Part shown: piece after piece, positions 1 through 12,331 of the stretch
Numbering within the stretch: position 1 is the stretch's first letter
Layout of the letters: each line of letters begins with the position of its first letter
Assembly: GCA_002104905.1 (NCBI GenBank)
Contig: MCFE01000506.1
Coordinates: 1-64,000 of the forward strand
Reading direction: 5' to 3'
Length of the DNA: 64,000 bases
Source of the DNA: Basidiobolus meristosporus CBS 931.73
Taxonomy: Eukaryota > Fungi > Basidiobolomycota
Position numbers and translations under genes: made by a program
The notes under the pieces: generated by a model
Seen by the model: only the letters and a program-made list of their open reading frames with translations
Told to the model about the DNA's origin: nothing
The model's database searches: none

Positions 1-633
1 CTTCCCATATGCTGTAATACATCCTAATCTCTGACAATCCTCTCCTATATATAGCTAATCTGACATACATTTCTCCCCTCTACTGAATTCTGGATTATTC
101 TCTACCTAGAGTGCTTTGTCATGCCTACTTCCAGGAAATGGCCCACTAAACCAGATGATGTTACCCTCAATGTCAGACAGTGCTTGAAACTTCACACAGT
201 GTGCCTTCTACTTGCCAGAACAAAAGTGCCTCTGCCCTCTGGAAGGTCTGTTGATCCTGACTGGGAAGGTATCTAAAACACTCCTTATATGGAACCTATT
301 GCTGAACACTCTGGGATATGGAAGTCTATTGGAACTTATGAACCTAGTATTCCAAGCTTGCTCTAAGTCATTCATACCCTCTGCAAGGTGATTCTCTATT
401 GCTGTCAGCTGGGAGTGAAAGCTTCTAGGACTTTTGTTGCCATGGATGATGGGATGAAACCTTGTGGGGCAATAGTTCTTGTAATAGCAGAGAAGCTTAC
501 CAAGGGATCTCCTTGAGTAGATTGGGGTAGATGGTCCACAGTACTTGGTATAGATCTCCACTAGTATGTCAAAAGAAAATCCTGTGGTAGTGATGGGATT
601 GATGAGAAAAGACCATTCAGATGAGTAAGTCAT
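1..633 (-). pseudogene. DDE_Tnp_4 (IS5/ISL2-like) transposase, disrupted by stops
   Basis: Translation LDTFPVRINRP..Q.(F/Y)SGK*KAHCVKFQ...GNIIWFSGPFPGSRHD...SD*LYIG matches the ISL2-like DDE motif order. Confidence 0.8.
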
Positions 634-1131
634 ATTAAAATTGGTAGGTGATCAAGCTGAGATGTGTTGATTTGATATGGTGCAATCTACTTTATTTATC
701 TAATTTTCCATGCATTATAATTAAATCTCCATTAATTGCCATGTATCCCATCATTATGTTGCAAAAATCATCCTTAAACAATGATCTTAGTATTTGTATT
801 GATGCTTTACTCACAAGTCTATAATTATATAGGGAATCTGCAATTGATGGGATCCAATCCATGTCAATGCAATCCAAGATACATCATGCATAATATCTGG
901 AAAACTCCACAATCACATTGGTTTTCATATATGTATCATATAAGACTTGGTTGATGCCAATACACTACTGTATAAGTATCCAAATCCATCACCAAGGTCC
1001 CTATACAAAGTGTCAGCTCATCTTTAGTACAACCCAAACAGAACCCATCCCCCAGCTCACAAGCACAGTCCAGACCAGAGAAGTCAATATTGATGTTGGA
1101 TCTGTTTGAGTTTTTGCCAAATGATTCTAGT

Positions 1132-2670
1132 ATGGCCCAAGTGTCTATGATAAGCCTTCATACAGATATTTGGGCACTACTCATTAATCTAGCAGAGGTA
1201 GATACCTCAGAGAGTTGACAGAGATGGAAGAGCCTGAGTAGAAAACTGTAGCATGAGTTCTACATCAAGATGCCAGTGGATATATATATATAAGATATAT
1301 AAAAAAGCAAGTATTGAAATCAAGAATGAGCTGAGAGTGAGGGGATTTGATGAGGAAACCTTGCTGGAACAATTTTGCGTGCAATTTGCACAGTACAGGT
1401 TAGACATGTCTGTTTGTGCATCAACTCTGGGAACCAAAGATATCCTGAACGAATTTTTGCCTCAAATGACTAATTTATTACATGATATATTAGTAGAGCA
1501 AAGTGGCTTCCAAGAGCAATATACACAGGACTCATCCAGGCAACAGTTCCAAATTATCAGACAGTGGATAAGTGAATACCTTGAGGAATCAGAAGGTGAG
1601 ATTCAAGAAGAAGAATACAGACCACAAGCAACAGCATCTAGGTTGTGCCAGCACTCTTTGCTGGACTCCTTACCATCCCTTGCAACCTCAGCGCACCCAC
1701 ACATGTCAGTTCAAACTATGCCAACACCCTTCACAAGAGTGCCCCGCATCAACTCAATATGTGTGTGGTCAACAACATGCTTCAGAGCAAAACCACCAGA
1801 ACTTGCCAAACTGCTCATATAGACACAAGTCCATTGGAGCAGGCCAAATTGCATCATCAAGCAGCATCACATCAAACTCAGCCAAAGGCCATTCCGGCAC
1901 ATCAAGTTGTGCCTGTGCATGCCATAATGCCTAACCATCTGTGAGTTTCTTCTGGTGAACTGACTGATGATGACCCACATGAAGTGCCTCCACCACTAGA
2001 GCCTTTGGCAAGTAAAAGAACGCCTCAGCATGTAACACTGCAGGCCAGTTCAGTAGTGTCATCCAGAGCAATTAAGCATGGCCAAGCTGCAGCATTGCAC
2101 TCATCAACTAGGAGGCAAAATACTGATTATAAATACACAAGTAGCCAGGAGGATAGTCAACAAGGAAGTAGTTTAGGTGTCCCTATGAAAAATCTCAAGC
2201 TTGGAATTCATCTGATTTTTAGCTGGTACTCTGCTGGTATTCTAGTGGTACTTTGCTGGTATTCAGCTGGTGTTTTGTGTTCAATACTTCAAATGCAATC
2301 TTTGATGGAATTAATGTGCAGCTAATTACCAAATTTGGCATGGATGCTAGTTTGCCTAGTGTCCTCCTGAAGAACATGTTTGCTTGCCTGCACAGTAGCT
2401 CAGAAGAGAGATAATGAGAGTTGTCAATTTTAAGAAACTTGGAATTCAGCTGATTCTATGATGGTATTTTGCCGGCCTTTTCTCAATTTCTTCTCTTAGG
2501 GGTGCGCAAAACAAATCACTACCAAATGCTACAGTAGTAATCCCTGTGAGAGAAAAATCTAGGAGAAGATGATGCAATTGCATTGAATTGCTACTACTTG
2601 TCATGATCCAAACAACACATTTTTTTTGCAATCCAACTGAAGCAGCCGCAAATCAGTGATCACTAAATAT
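1132..2670 (+). pseudogene. Family B ORF2, accessory protein of unknown function (boundaries approximate)
   Basis: Frame is conserved between both family B copies once frameshifts are corrected (..SLHTDIWALLINL..KNELRVRGFDEETLLEQF..). It is divergent from the transposase and interrupted at 2181-2502. Confidence 0.55.
2181..2502. mobile_element. 322-bp non-autonomous family A (CACTA-type) MITE
   Basis: Starts CCCTATGAAAAAT, ends with a degenerate TTCTCTTAGGG(G); flanks TGT/TGC. The segment is absent from family B copy 2 (empty site near 42575-42590). Confidence 0.7.
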
Positions 2671-3315
2671 TTGATGTAAGCAATATCAAGGTTGTCTCAC
2701 ATTTGAAACAGAGCCCCTATAAATAAACACCCTGCATATATGCACATCATCTATCACACCAGTGCAGCCATTTGACCCATTTCACACCTGTTTCATCAGT
2801 TGCATGCTAGCTATGACACCTTGTCCAATCACTAGGATCAGGGATATACTTGCTTAGGGGGCAAAATGGTATATTTGATGGCAAATCAGGTAGCTTGTGT
2901 ATTGGTCAAAGAGCCAATTGGGAGCTGACAGCTTCAGGATACTTTTGGACCAATTAACTGCTGAGATACCATCCAATCAGAGTGATAGAAACCAAAATGG
3001 TAAGTATCAGTGTAGTTTATAGTATTATACTCATTTAATTCCATATACATTAAAGAAACATATCCAAATACCAGATTTTATTTACCATAATAGCGGTATC
3101 CAATCTCACATGTGATGCAAACACTATGAGTTGGTGCAATCATCTGTGCCAACCTCATTGTGTCAGACTGCACCATAGTGTGCAAAATTGTCCCACATGG
3201 TGCAAAATTGTCCAAGAGCAATCCTGCCTACTGGTAGCTATAATATTGCACCCAATTGTTCTTAGAGACCACGGATTGTGCCACATGCCCTGGCACAGTA
3301 CAATAGAACCAATAT

Positions 3316-3997
3316 AATCAGTGGCAAGCTGGATTTGCTGATAGAGTACTTGTTTAACAAGAATCCATTGATTGCAAAGGCAAAGGCATGGTCATACATA
3401 CCTTCAAAGTAGCGCTTGTGTCTTGGCTGTCTGTAATATTTGCTATCCAGTATTTTGGATATGCTTGCGCTTGGCTAATACTGAGTGTGGTACTTTATAG
3501 CATCACAATATTTGTTGGACTGCATAAGCTTCTATGGATGGGGTATTACTGGAATATATCTGGAGTGTGAACAATGTTCTCCCCCAATGGTAGTGGAATC
3601 CTGACAAGTTGGACACCTTGCAATGGAGGTATTTTTTGATGAGAATGCCATGCAATTATAAACACATGCTGGTATCAGGATGGTCTCTGGGACATATGTT
3701 GCCAGCTGTACAACAGCTTTCCCTTTATACCTTGTACATGGTAAGTTGCATCCCCGGATTATTTTGGCATGAAGTAGCAGTAAACCCTCAAGCCTTCATT
3801 ACTGATATTAGTGGAAACATGCTACTTCTCTGGCCACAACATCACATCACTCACCAGTAGATGGATTACTGGGACTAACTTGACTGCATAAAGCATCCTT
3901 GGCATTTTTTTCTATGGGTGTTGTCTCACTGAATAATAGGGTTTTACCAGGCTCATGCAGGGTACTGTTGGTATGGAATATGGGCTCAGAATCCATC
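3316..3997 (-). pseudogene. Family A CACTA transposase fragment
   Basis: Reverse complement of the region encoding LWLEK..PGCNLPC..CVNSC..YIP..DHAFAL..GF (compare 51500-52100). Confidence 0.85.
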
Positions 3998-4594
3998 AGC
4001 CCCTTTGTTTCACCCATTATACTGGAAAAAATTCATTTTTTGACCTTTTTTTTGGATCAATGTTGTGAAGGATGTGAAAGAGCACAAAAGGAATGAAGAC
4101 ATGCATCTGGTACTCAATACCCATGGCACTCTGAATCTATCTACTGTGGCTAGTATCATGTTACAAAAATGCATGGCACTATCTTGGTTTGCTGGTATCA
4201 TCTGGCACTAAAAATGCTTTGTATAGGTTTTACTTTGGGCTTATATTTAAGTACAGTGCCTGAGAATACCCAAGGACCAAGATAGTGCCATGTGTTTTTG
4301 TGACATAATAAAAGCCACAGGAGCTGGATTCAAAGTGCCATGGGTATTGAGTACCAGATGCATTTCTGCAGTCCTTCTGGGCTCTTACACATCATGCTCA
4401 ACATTGATCCAAAAAAAAGGTCAAAAAATGTATTTTCTCCAGTACAATTGGTGATACACAAGGGCTGCTGTATGAAGATGAAGAGCTATGTTTACACTAT
4501 GTGGCCAATTTTATGTCTGCTATGCCTTTGTGGCACACAATGGCAGTATTTGGCACTCATGGCTTTATGTGGCACTTTCCAATGGAACAAGTCT
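3997..4594. mobile_element. Left-truncated, older copy of the 733-bp palindromic element
   Basis: Inverted arms around the same ~42-bp spacer (~4211-4252). Right end GGAACAAGTCT is followed by ATT. Confidence 0.85.
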
Positions 4595-4599
4595 ATTGA

Positions 4600-7370
4600 C
4601 TAGATGTAGGTGCTAGAGACTTGGCAACTTGGGCGGTGGGTCAGTGGGAGACTTGAGGTGTTTCTTGATTGTTGTTGCTGTGGAGTTGATGGCTTGGCTG
4701 GTTTTGACTTTCTCAAGGAGTAAAGGAGCTATAATAATGGAGGACTGGGTTGCAAGGAGTTCAAAATGTCTTTTGTTGAGTACAGGGTTTTTCATTTGCC
4801 AACAGCCATCATCCCCTTCTTTAAGGGAATACTTCACCATTCTGGACAGGGCATCAACTTTTCCTTATTTCACACCTGGTTTATAGGTGATGACAAAGTC
4901 AAAGCTTGACAGGAAGAGGGACCATCTAGCTTGTCTCTGGTTCAGTACTTTTGAGGTGGTAAAGTACTCCAGGTTCTTGTGGTCACAGAAGATCTTTATC
5001 TTTTGGGCTGCACCATCATGGCAGTGTCTCCATTTCTCAATGGCAACAACAATTGAAGGAGTTGCTTGTTGTAGCTATCATGGTTTACTTCAGCCAGAGT
5101 AAACTTTCAAGAGTAGAATGCAATAGGGTATAGCACATTCTTGTTGTCATACTGGGAAAGGAGAGCACCAAGGGTAAAGTTAGAGGCATTGGTTTCTATG
5201 ATGAAAGCTCTCTCAAGATCAGGCAGTGCAAGCAGTGGGGCACACAAGAAGGATTTCTTGGTAGAATCAAAGGACTCAGACTGCTCCTTATTCCAGGCAA
5301 AGGGCAGATTTTTCTTGGGGAGCTTTGTCAAGGGAGTGACTATCTTGGAGTAGTTGGCAATGAATCTACAGTAGAAGTTGGTAAATCCAAGGAAGGATTG
5401 CACTTCTTTTACAGAACAGGGAGCTTTCCAGGATTGAATGGCTTCTACTTTCTTGGGTTGCATTCCTGTTCCATTTGAGCTTATAGGATAACCTAGGAAC
5501 TCAACTTCTTTCTAGTCAAACTCTCATTTTCCAGTTTGATATAGAGGCCAGTGGTGTCAAGCATTGTCAAGACTTTCTTCACATGGGAATTATGTTCTTC
5601 TTGAGTCTTGGAGTAGACCAAGATATCATTGAGGTAGATAACCACAAATTTGTTGGGGTACTCATGGAATATGTCATTCATCAGGTGTTCAAAGACAGCA
5701 GGGGCATTGGTGTGGCCAAATGGCATAACTTTATACTCAAAGTGAACATATCTTGTTCTGAAGGCAGTTTTCTCTTCATCACTAGACTTCCTCCTGGCAA
5801 GGTTTTAAGCTCCTCTAAGACCAATTTTAGTAAATACTTTGGCAGCAGAGATTTGATCCAACAGGGTGTTGATCTGGGGCAAAGGGTACCAGGTCTTGAT
5901 TGTGATCTTGTTCAGTGCATAGTACTCTACACACATTCTTAGGTTATCATCCTTTTTTTGACAAACAGGATTGGGGCACCAGCTGGGGACTTAGATTGCT
6001 GAATATGATCATTCTGGAGGTTTTCTTGGACATGACCATGGAGCTCTTTCAACTCAGGTTGCAAGTGGTTGTAGTTAGAGCCAAAAGGTGGGGTTTTTCC
6101 ATCCTCAAGGTCAATGGGACAATCCAAGGGTCTATGTGCTGAAAGTAGTTCTGCTTTCCTCTTATCAAAGACATGTGCAAACTCTTGATACTTAGCAGGT
6201 TTTCCATTGGAAGCAGTTCCTTAAGTGATGATTGGGTCCTAGGTCAAGGTTACTAAGCCATGAGCTTCCAAGGACTATGGGGTAGTGGGGAGAGTAGATG
6301 ATGTTGAAGACTATTGTCTCATGCTGACCAGTGCTGGACAGATGGAGTAGACGTGTCTGACAGGTAACGGTACTGGAGGAAAGGGATCTTTCATCAGTAA
6401 CTTCTACTTGGTTGGGACAGGATTTTGGGATAGTGCAGATTTTGTGCTTCTGGACAAAGGACTGGTCAATAAAACAGGAGTAAGCACCAGAATCTATGAG
6501 GGTAAGGACATGGACAGTACTGGATTCAGGAATATGGATGTTGCATGCATTCTTAAGGACTGGATGAACTTGGTAGTATATAATGTTTCCTGAATGTATT
6601 AAATTTCCATTGGAGTGTCCAGTTGCAAGCCTGTCATTGTAATTGGACACTGGAGCTTCCCAATAATTCTGGACAAGGCTGTTCACTAGATGATTGCAGG
6701 AGTTTGAAGCTGGACTTCTTGTTGGGACAAGACCTGGCAAAGTGGCCTGATTGGCCACAGTAAGGCAGAGGTTTGCAAGTTGATGTCTGGACCTTTTCTT
6801 GTTTTTAAGTTTCTTGTATTTGGCACTGTTAATTTGCATTGTATCATCAGGCTTAGTACTGGGTGTCTGGATTAGTAGGAAGGAGGTTGGCTGATAAGTA
6901 TGTTGGAACTTTTGTTTCTTCTAGAGAAGACAACTGTCACATTGGATAGCTTGATGTATAGCTTCACCCAAGGTAGTTGGGTCAGGGAGTATGAGTAGTG
7001 GGTCACTGACTTCATCATTGAGTCCATCTTGAAACTGACTAACTAGGGCAGCATTGCCCCAGAGGCTCAAGTAACTAGCTAGTAGCCGGAATTCAGAAGC
7101 ATAGGCAGATGCAGGTGTGTTTCCTTGCTTCAAGTTCTTGATCTTGTTAGCAGCAGTTCTGGCTTGGTCAATGTTACCAAATGTTAGCTCCATTTCTGTG
7201 AGAAAGGCATGGTAGTCACTGAGTAGAGGAGAGTTGGTTGCCACCAAAGAGGAGAGCCATTTCTGGACAGTTCCAGTCAGCAGGTTAAAGATATAACCCA
7301 CTTCTGCTTGATCTGTTGGGAACTGATTGGGTTGTAGCAACAAGTGAGTTTAGTAAAACTTTCTAGAAGG
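4600..7370 (-). pseudogene. Degenerate Ty3/Gypsy gag-pol (Gypsy family 2)
   Basis: Gag (NQFPTDQ..TFG..DQARTA), frameshifted CxxCxxxGHxxxxC knuckle, protease LIDSGA, RT (PFG..NAPA..YLND), RNase H (DHKNLEY..RQARW). Confidence 0.9.
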
Positions 7371-7386
7371 AACTGGAATTTCTTCA

Positions 7387-9930
7387 CTAACTTGATTTAG
7401 CTTGAGCATTGGAAACCAGGGATGTCATGTGATCCTGACATGTAACAATTTGGCAATACCACACCTTATTGCCTGGTTTCCATTTTTGTCTTGTTGGTTT
7501 CTTGTTTTTAGGTGGAGGGCAACATTGTTTGTTAGCATTCTCAAATACTTTTTTGTATAGATGGGGAGTACAGTGTATCAGCCTTGCTGTATAGTTGTTA
7601 TGTGCTATCAGGGGGACACCTTTCATCATCAATCCAGCTTCTTTGCAAAGCTTGGGTCTCTGTTCATATAGAATTTCATAAAGGGAGAAACCTGTTGATT
7701 TATTTGGTGTGGTACACATTGCTAGGAGTGCTGGTGGGAGTAGCTTGGCCCATGACTGGGGAAGTTCCCAGTGAAGCTTCTCTAGTATGCAGCAACATGA
7801 CTGGTTCATCCTCTTGTCTAATCTGTTAGTCTGGGGATGATATGTGACCATGAAAACCTGTTCCATGCCCTTCAATTTAGACAGGTGGGCCATAGTGTTG
7901 TTTAGGAAGCAACAACCATTGTTGGACAGAAGTATCTGAGGATATCCATGCTTGCAGATGAGGTGTTCTAGTATGAACTGGGTGGATGTTGTCTGATCTT
8001 TCTTTTGGAGAACTAGGGCTTCTACCCAACTTGAGATATAATTGCTACCAACAATTATGTATTGTTCTCCTTTCTTTTCTTCATAAAGGAGCCAACAAAG
8101 TCAATCCCTACTTGGTGGACAGGTAGGTTGACCATTATTGGTGCTGTTGTCCCTATTTTCTGACTCTGATTAAATCTTTTTCAAGTGGTGCATCTTTATA
8201 TTACATTTGTAATGTTGGTAATAGTTTTTTGTAATAAGATGCCTTTCTTAACATCTTATATGTCATTGGGGGTAAGTGTGCCCTAATGACATATGTCTTT
8301 CATGTATTATCTCCTTGCAGGCAGTTAATGGGGATACCTTGGCTCTGAACTGTTCTTGGAGGAACAACAGTTGATTTTCTTGTACTTTGTACTAACACCA
8401 TTTCCTTCAAAATTCTCTCTTCTGTTTGTTTGTCAAAATATGTTGAGATACTCCCCTTTACTTTAAAGCAGATCACATCCTTGTAATTATCACTAATGCA
8501 TATTTGGCAGATGGGATAGTAACTGTGGAAGTCTGCATCCTGGTGCCACTTGCCAGTATAGCAAATTATTTCAAAGTTGTATTCCTGTAGTCAGAGTTAT
8601 TGGGTAGTTGTGTGTGTGGTTGTTTAGTAAATGGCTCATTTAACCAATCAAGTGAAATTTGCTGGGCTGGTGGTACTGTCCCAGTATGGTACCAATACTA
8701 GTAAGGCTTCCATCACAGTCAATAAAAGATTACCCATCCCAATTGGGAAAACATGATGCTGGGGTGACATCAGGGAATGTTTCAGCTGATTGAATGCTCC
8801 CTTTTGAGGCTCTAACCACATAAAACACTGGCCTTTCTGCATTAATTTGTACAGGGGGGCTGCCATTGTCACAAAGCTTTTGACAAAGTGGCAATTGTAC
8901 CTGGTGAGTCCTAGGAACCCAGACACTACAATGATATTCTTTGGTGCAGGTGTATCTTGAACATCCTTCAGTAGTAAAGTAGATGAGTGTATCCCATCTA
9001 CCAAGATCTTGTGGCCCAGAAACAGCAGTTTTGAATTCTGGAAGTGACACTGCTTGGGGTGTAGTTTGAGTTGGTTTGTGAGGAGGGCTGTCAGGATGCA
9101 GTGCACATTATGTATATGTTCTTCTACATCTGGGGAATATACTGTGATGTTGTCTAGATACACAAGAGCTCATTCCTATCGTAAATTTCCTAGTACCTTA
9201 TCAATCATCCTTTGCAACATAGCAGGGGCATTGAACACGCCAAAGGGTGGTTGTTTCCATTTGTATAATCCAGAAAATGTTAGGAAAGTGGTTTTGGGGC
9301 AATATTCTGGGGCTACTTCTACTTGTCAATGCCCAGAGATTCATTCAAGAGAGCTAGAATATATAGCTCTGACTAATCTGTCCTAGAGGTTGCTTATTTG
9401 AAGTAGTGGATACATGTCATTCCACATGACAGCGTTGACTTTTAGTAGTCAATGCAAAAATGTTGCTCTCAGTCCTTATTTGGGACTAACACCATGGGGG
9501 AGGCCCGCAGAGAGTGGCTCTCTGCAATGATATTGTCTTTTAATAAAGTTTCAATTGTCTCTTTCATAAATTCTATATTATTTTTGAGTTCCTATGGGCT
9601 TTTTACTTGATGATGTATTTTTGGGCAAGGTGGATTTGATGCTATACCCCAGGAATATGGCCAATTGCAAGGTTCTCAGTGAATATTCAAGCAAAAGGGC
9701 GCATCTCTTCTAGTAAGTTGCTGAAAAGTTAAAGTATATATCCTTCCCAGCTGACCTAAGGCAAGATATTAACTGTGTTTGCTGACTGGACTGCCCAGTA
9801 TGGTAAAGGATGCTCACACCTCACTACTTGCCCTGTATAGGGCTTTGGATTCATTATCATTGTCTAAAGGTGGTGAGCAGCATTGTGGCAGTATCAAGTG
9901 GAACAATATGTCTACTTACCACCTGCTCAT
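7387..9930 (-). pseudogene. Degenerate Ty3/Gypsy pol (Gypsy family 3)
   Basis: RT (YLDN for YLDD, FLGLT.Y) and integrase (GIDFVG, YHPQTN, TTPNKSTGFS.YE); many stops and frameshifts; no LTR found. Confidence 0.8.
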
Positions 9931-9939
9931 AGAAGCTAG

Positions 9940-12331
9940 CCTTATGAGAAATCATTGTGATGATCCCATTGAAAGGCCCTCACAAGTTCTAAGTCTGGTG
10001 ACTAAGAGATGCTGATCCCATCAAGACACCATACAAGGACCGTCAAAAAATAATTGTACCCCAGATATCAAAAAAACTTGGTCAATATTTCTCATCACAA
10101 CAATACAAAAGTGGCTTTTGATTAGTTCTCTGCCAGTTTTTTCACTTTCTGATCCCAGACACTTTTTGACCTCCTACATTTGTGTGCATTGATTGGCTAT
10201 TGCCTCTTTTTATGCCTAAAAATTGATTTATTTCTGTTGAAACATCAGTTATACCTCAATTGCCAATTGCATGGACTTATGCAAGTACCTAAACCCTACA
10301 CCTGTTGTAAAAATTTGTATTTCCACTTAAATATTCACCTTACTTAGTCAGTTAGATCATTACCTTCATATCCTATAGAATACTGACCAAATTCCTTGTT
10401 TAGTTTACTTAGAATATTTGCACCAACATACCAGGTACCCAGAACATTAAAATTCTCAAAGTTGTCCAAACAGCCCCAAACTGTGCACACATGTTCTTGG
10501 GACCTTTCTTAACCAATTCTAAGTGTTTGTTATGCCAAGACCAGATAAAAGTATAAATACTACTCTTACATTCAATAAATCATTAAGTGAAAAACCACAT
10601 AATCTACCTGTTCTCCCAATCACCTCCAATATCTCCAAGACTCTTACAACAACACCAACATTGAGCTCAACCCCACATTCAACAAGTAACCCCACTTAAA
10701 TTCACCATTCAATAAGTATTACTGCTCTATTGCTATGTTTCCATTACTTTAGCAGGAACCCTATGGCTTTATGCCACTGTTCATTCACTGATTGCCATAT
10801 ATCCTGGTCTTCAGCCAGCAATGCAAGGTCTAGCTCTTTATCTGCCAATGTTTGCAATAAGACCTTGTAATATTCAAGTGCGTTTTGTTGGGTACTGCCC
10901 TTGAAGAAGTGCTACAACCTTTTGGTTTGCCTATAGGTGTTATAAATTCCACCATTGGCATTGTGATGACATTTTTAGTTCTTGACACAGTTACTTTGTC
11001 TAACAATAGGATCTCCACTCTGTAAACCATGGGGACATGGAGGCTATAGTAGACAAATTGTCTTTCACTGCAAATTCATCTACCTGACCAGAGTGTTCAT
11101 CAACTGGCTGTGCTTCCAATTTGTGTGAAAAAAGCTGTTTTCTTGTTGGTAATTCTTCTTGGCTATGATGGGATTCAGCTTGTTCTAGACTTAAGGCATT
11201 AATTGGCAAGAACTGCAGCTTTTTCTCACCCTTCCCTGTGTCTGGCTTGGGTAGACTTTTTCCCCTTTATCTTCTCCTTTATCACTGCCAGGTCTGTCAT
11301 TGCTATTTTGTCTGAGTGCTTCTTGTATTGAGCTATGCTATCTCTGTCAAATAATGCTGCTCTGATGCATCTGTTTTGGTTTGTTAGTCCCTTGCTGGCA
11401 ATCTGCAGGCAACCTGACACTTCTTTCCTGCTTGTTTCAAGGTCTCAGCCCATGCTCTGATGGGATCCTGAGGTAGCCGCTTGTTTCCATCATCACTAGG
11501 TTCTTTACTGCCACTTTTACCAAGCCCTTCTTGATTAGAACTAAGCTTCTTTCTTGGTAAATGTTGTGCTAGTGCATCCATGCCTGCCAGCATTTGCCTT
11601 ATTGGCACTCTTTCAGCTACCTGCTTCCTCTTTGATGCTTGCTTAGAGCTTTTGGCCCTGCTTGTAACAGGCACTTGAGGAAGCTGCTGGTTTTTAGCCA
11701 CTGCACCATTGTTCTGATGCCTTTGATAGTTTCTGCTTTTCTCAAGATACTTGCTTAGCATATCAATGTTGGCCCAAATCTGCTTGCTAGTCTAAATCCA
11801 GGATAATGCTGATGGTACAAGTCAAGCACATTCTATTTAGACTTGAGTTCCTGATGGTCCCATGGGATGCTGGCCTTAAGGTGCTAGCATGCAAGACTTT
11901 TAATGGCCTTTTGAATATTAGCCCACTCATTATTATTGCACTCAATGGCATCATGAATCTACAATGTCTTCTAATTCTTAGGCTTTGGAATGATTACCAC
12001 ATTTTTTCCCTCCCATGCTGTAATAGGTTTTCTGTGGGCTTTGCTTTTAAGCACTGTTGTTGTGCTTCAGAGACTGTACAGTGTTCCACTGTTGTTACAT
12101 TAGGAATTGGCTCAATTCTTTGCTGTGACATTGAACTACTTGAATTCCTTCTTTGCAGCAAAGATACTAACATCTCTACCTGAGATATTGATTACTTGTC
12201 ACATATTATCTGCTCATCCTTTTTCAGGACTATTTCCTGATTTCTCTGGGCCATTGCATCTATCCTATCAGCCACCACATCTATTTGTCTTGTTAATGCT
12301 TCCATATGACCTGACAACATACCTGCTAATA
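9940..12331 (-). mobile_element. Family A left end plus ORF1 remnant
   Basis: Degenerate TIR CCTTATGAGAAAT at 9940; ORF1 segments homologous to 48077-50600. Confidence 0.85.
10303..10651 (+). repeat. Solo LTR, Copia family C
   Basis: TGTTG...CAACA, 349 bp, perfect 5-bp TSD ACACC. Confidence 0.92.

Larger units (their letters stand above)
1..3315. mobile_element. Family B DNA transposon copy 1 (ISL2/PIF-Harbinger group), cut by the window start
   Basis: Reverse-complement homolog of 41774-~44945. Degenerate terminus ...AGAACCAATAT at 3315 is followed by AAT and then family A transposase sequence (CAGTGGC...). Confidence 0.85.
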
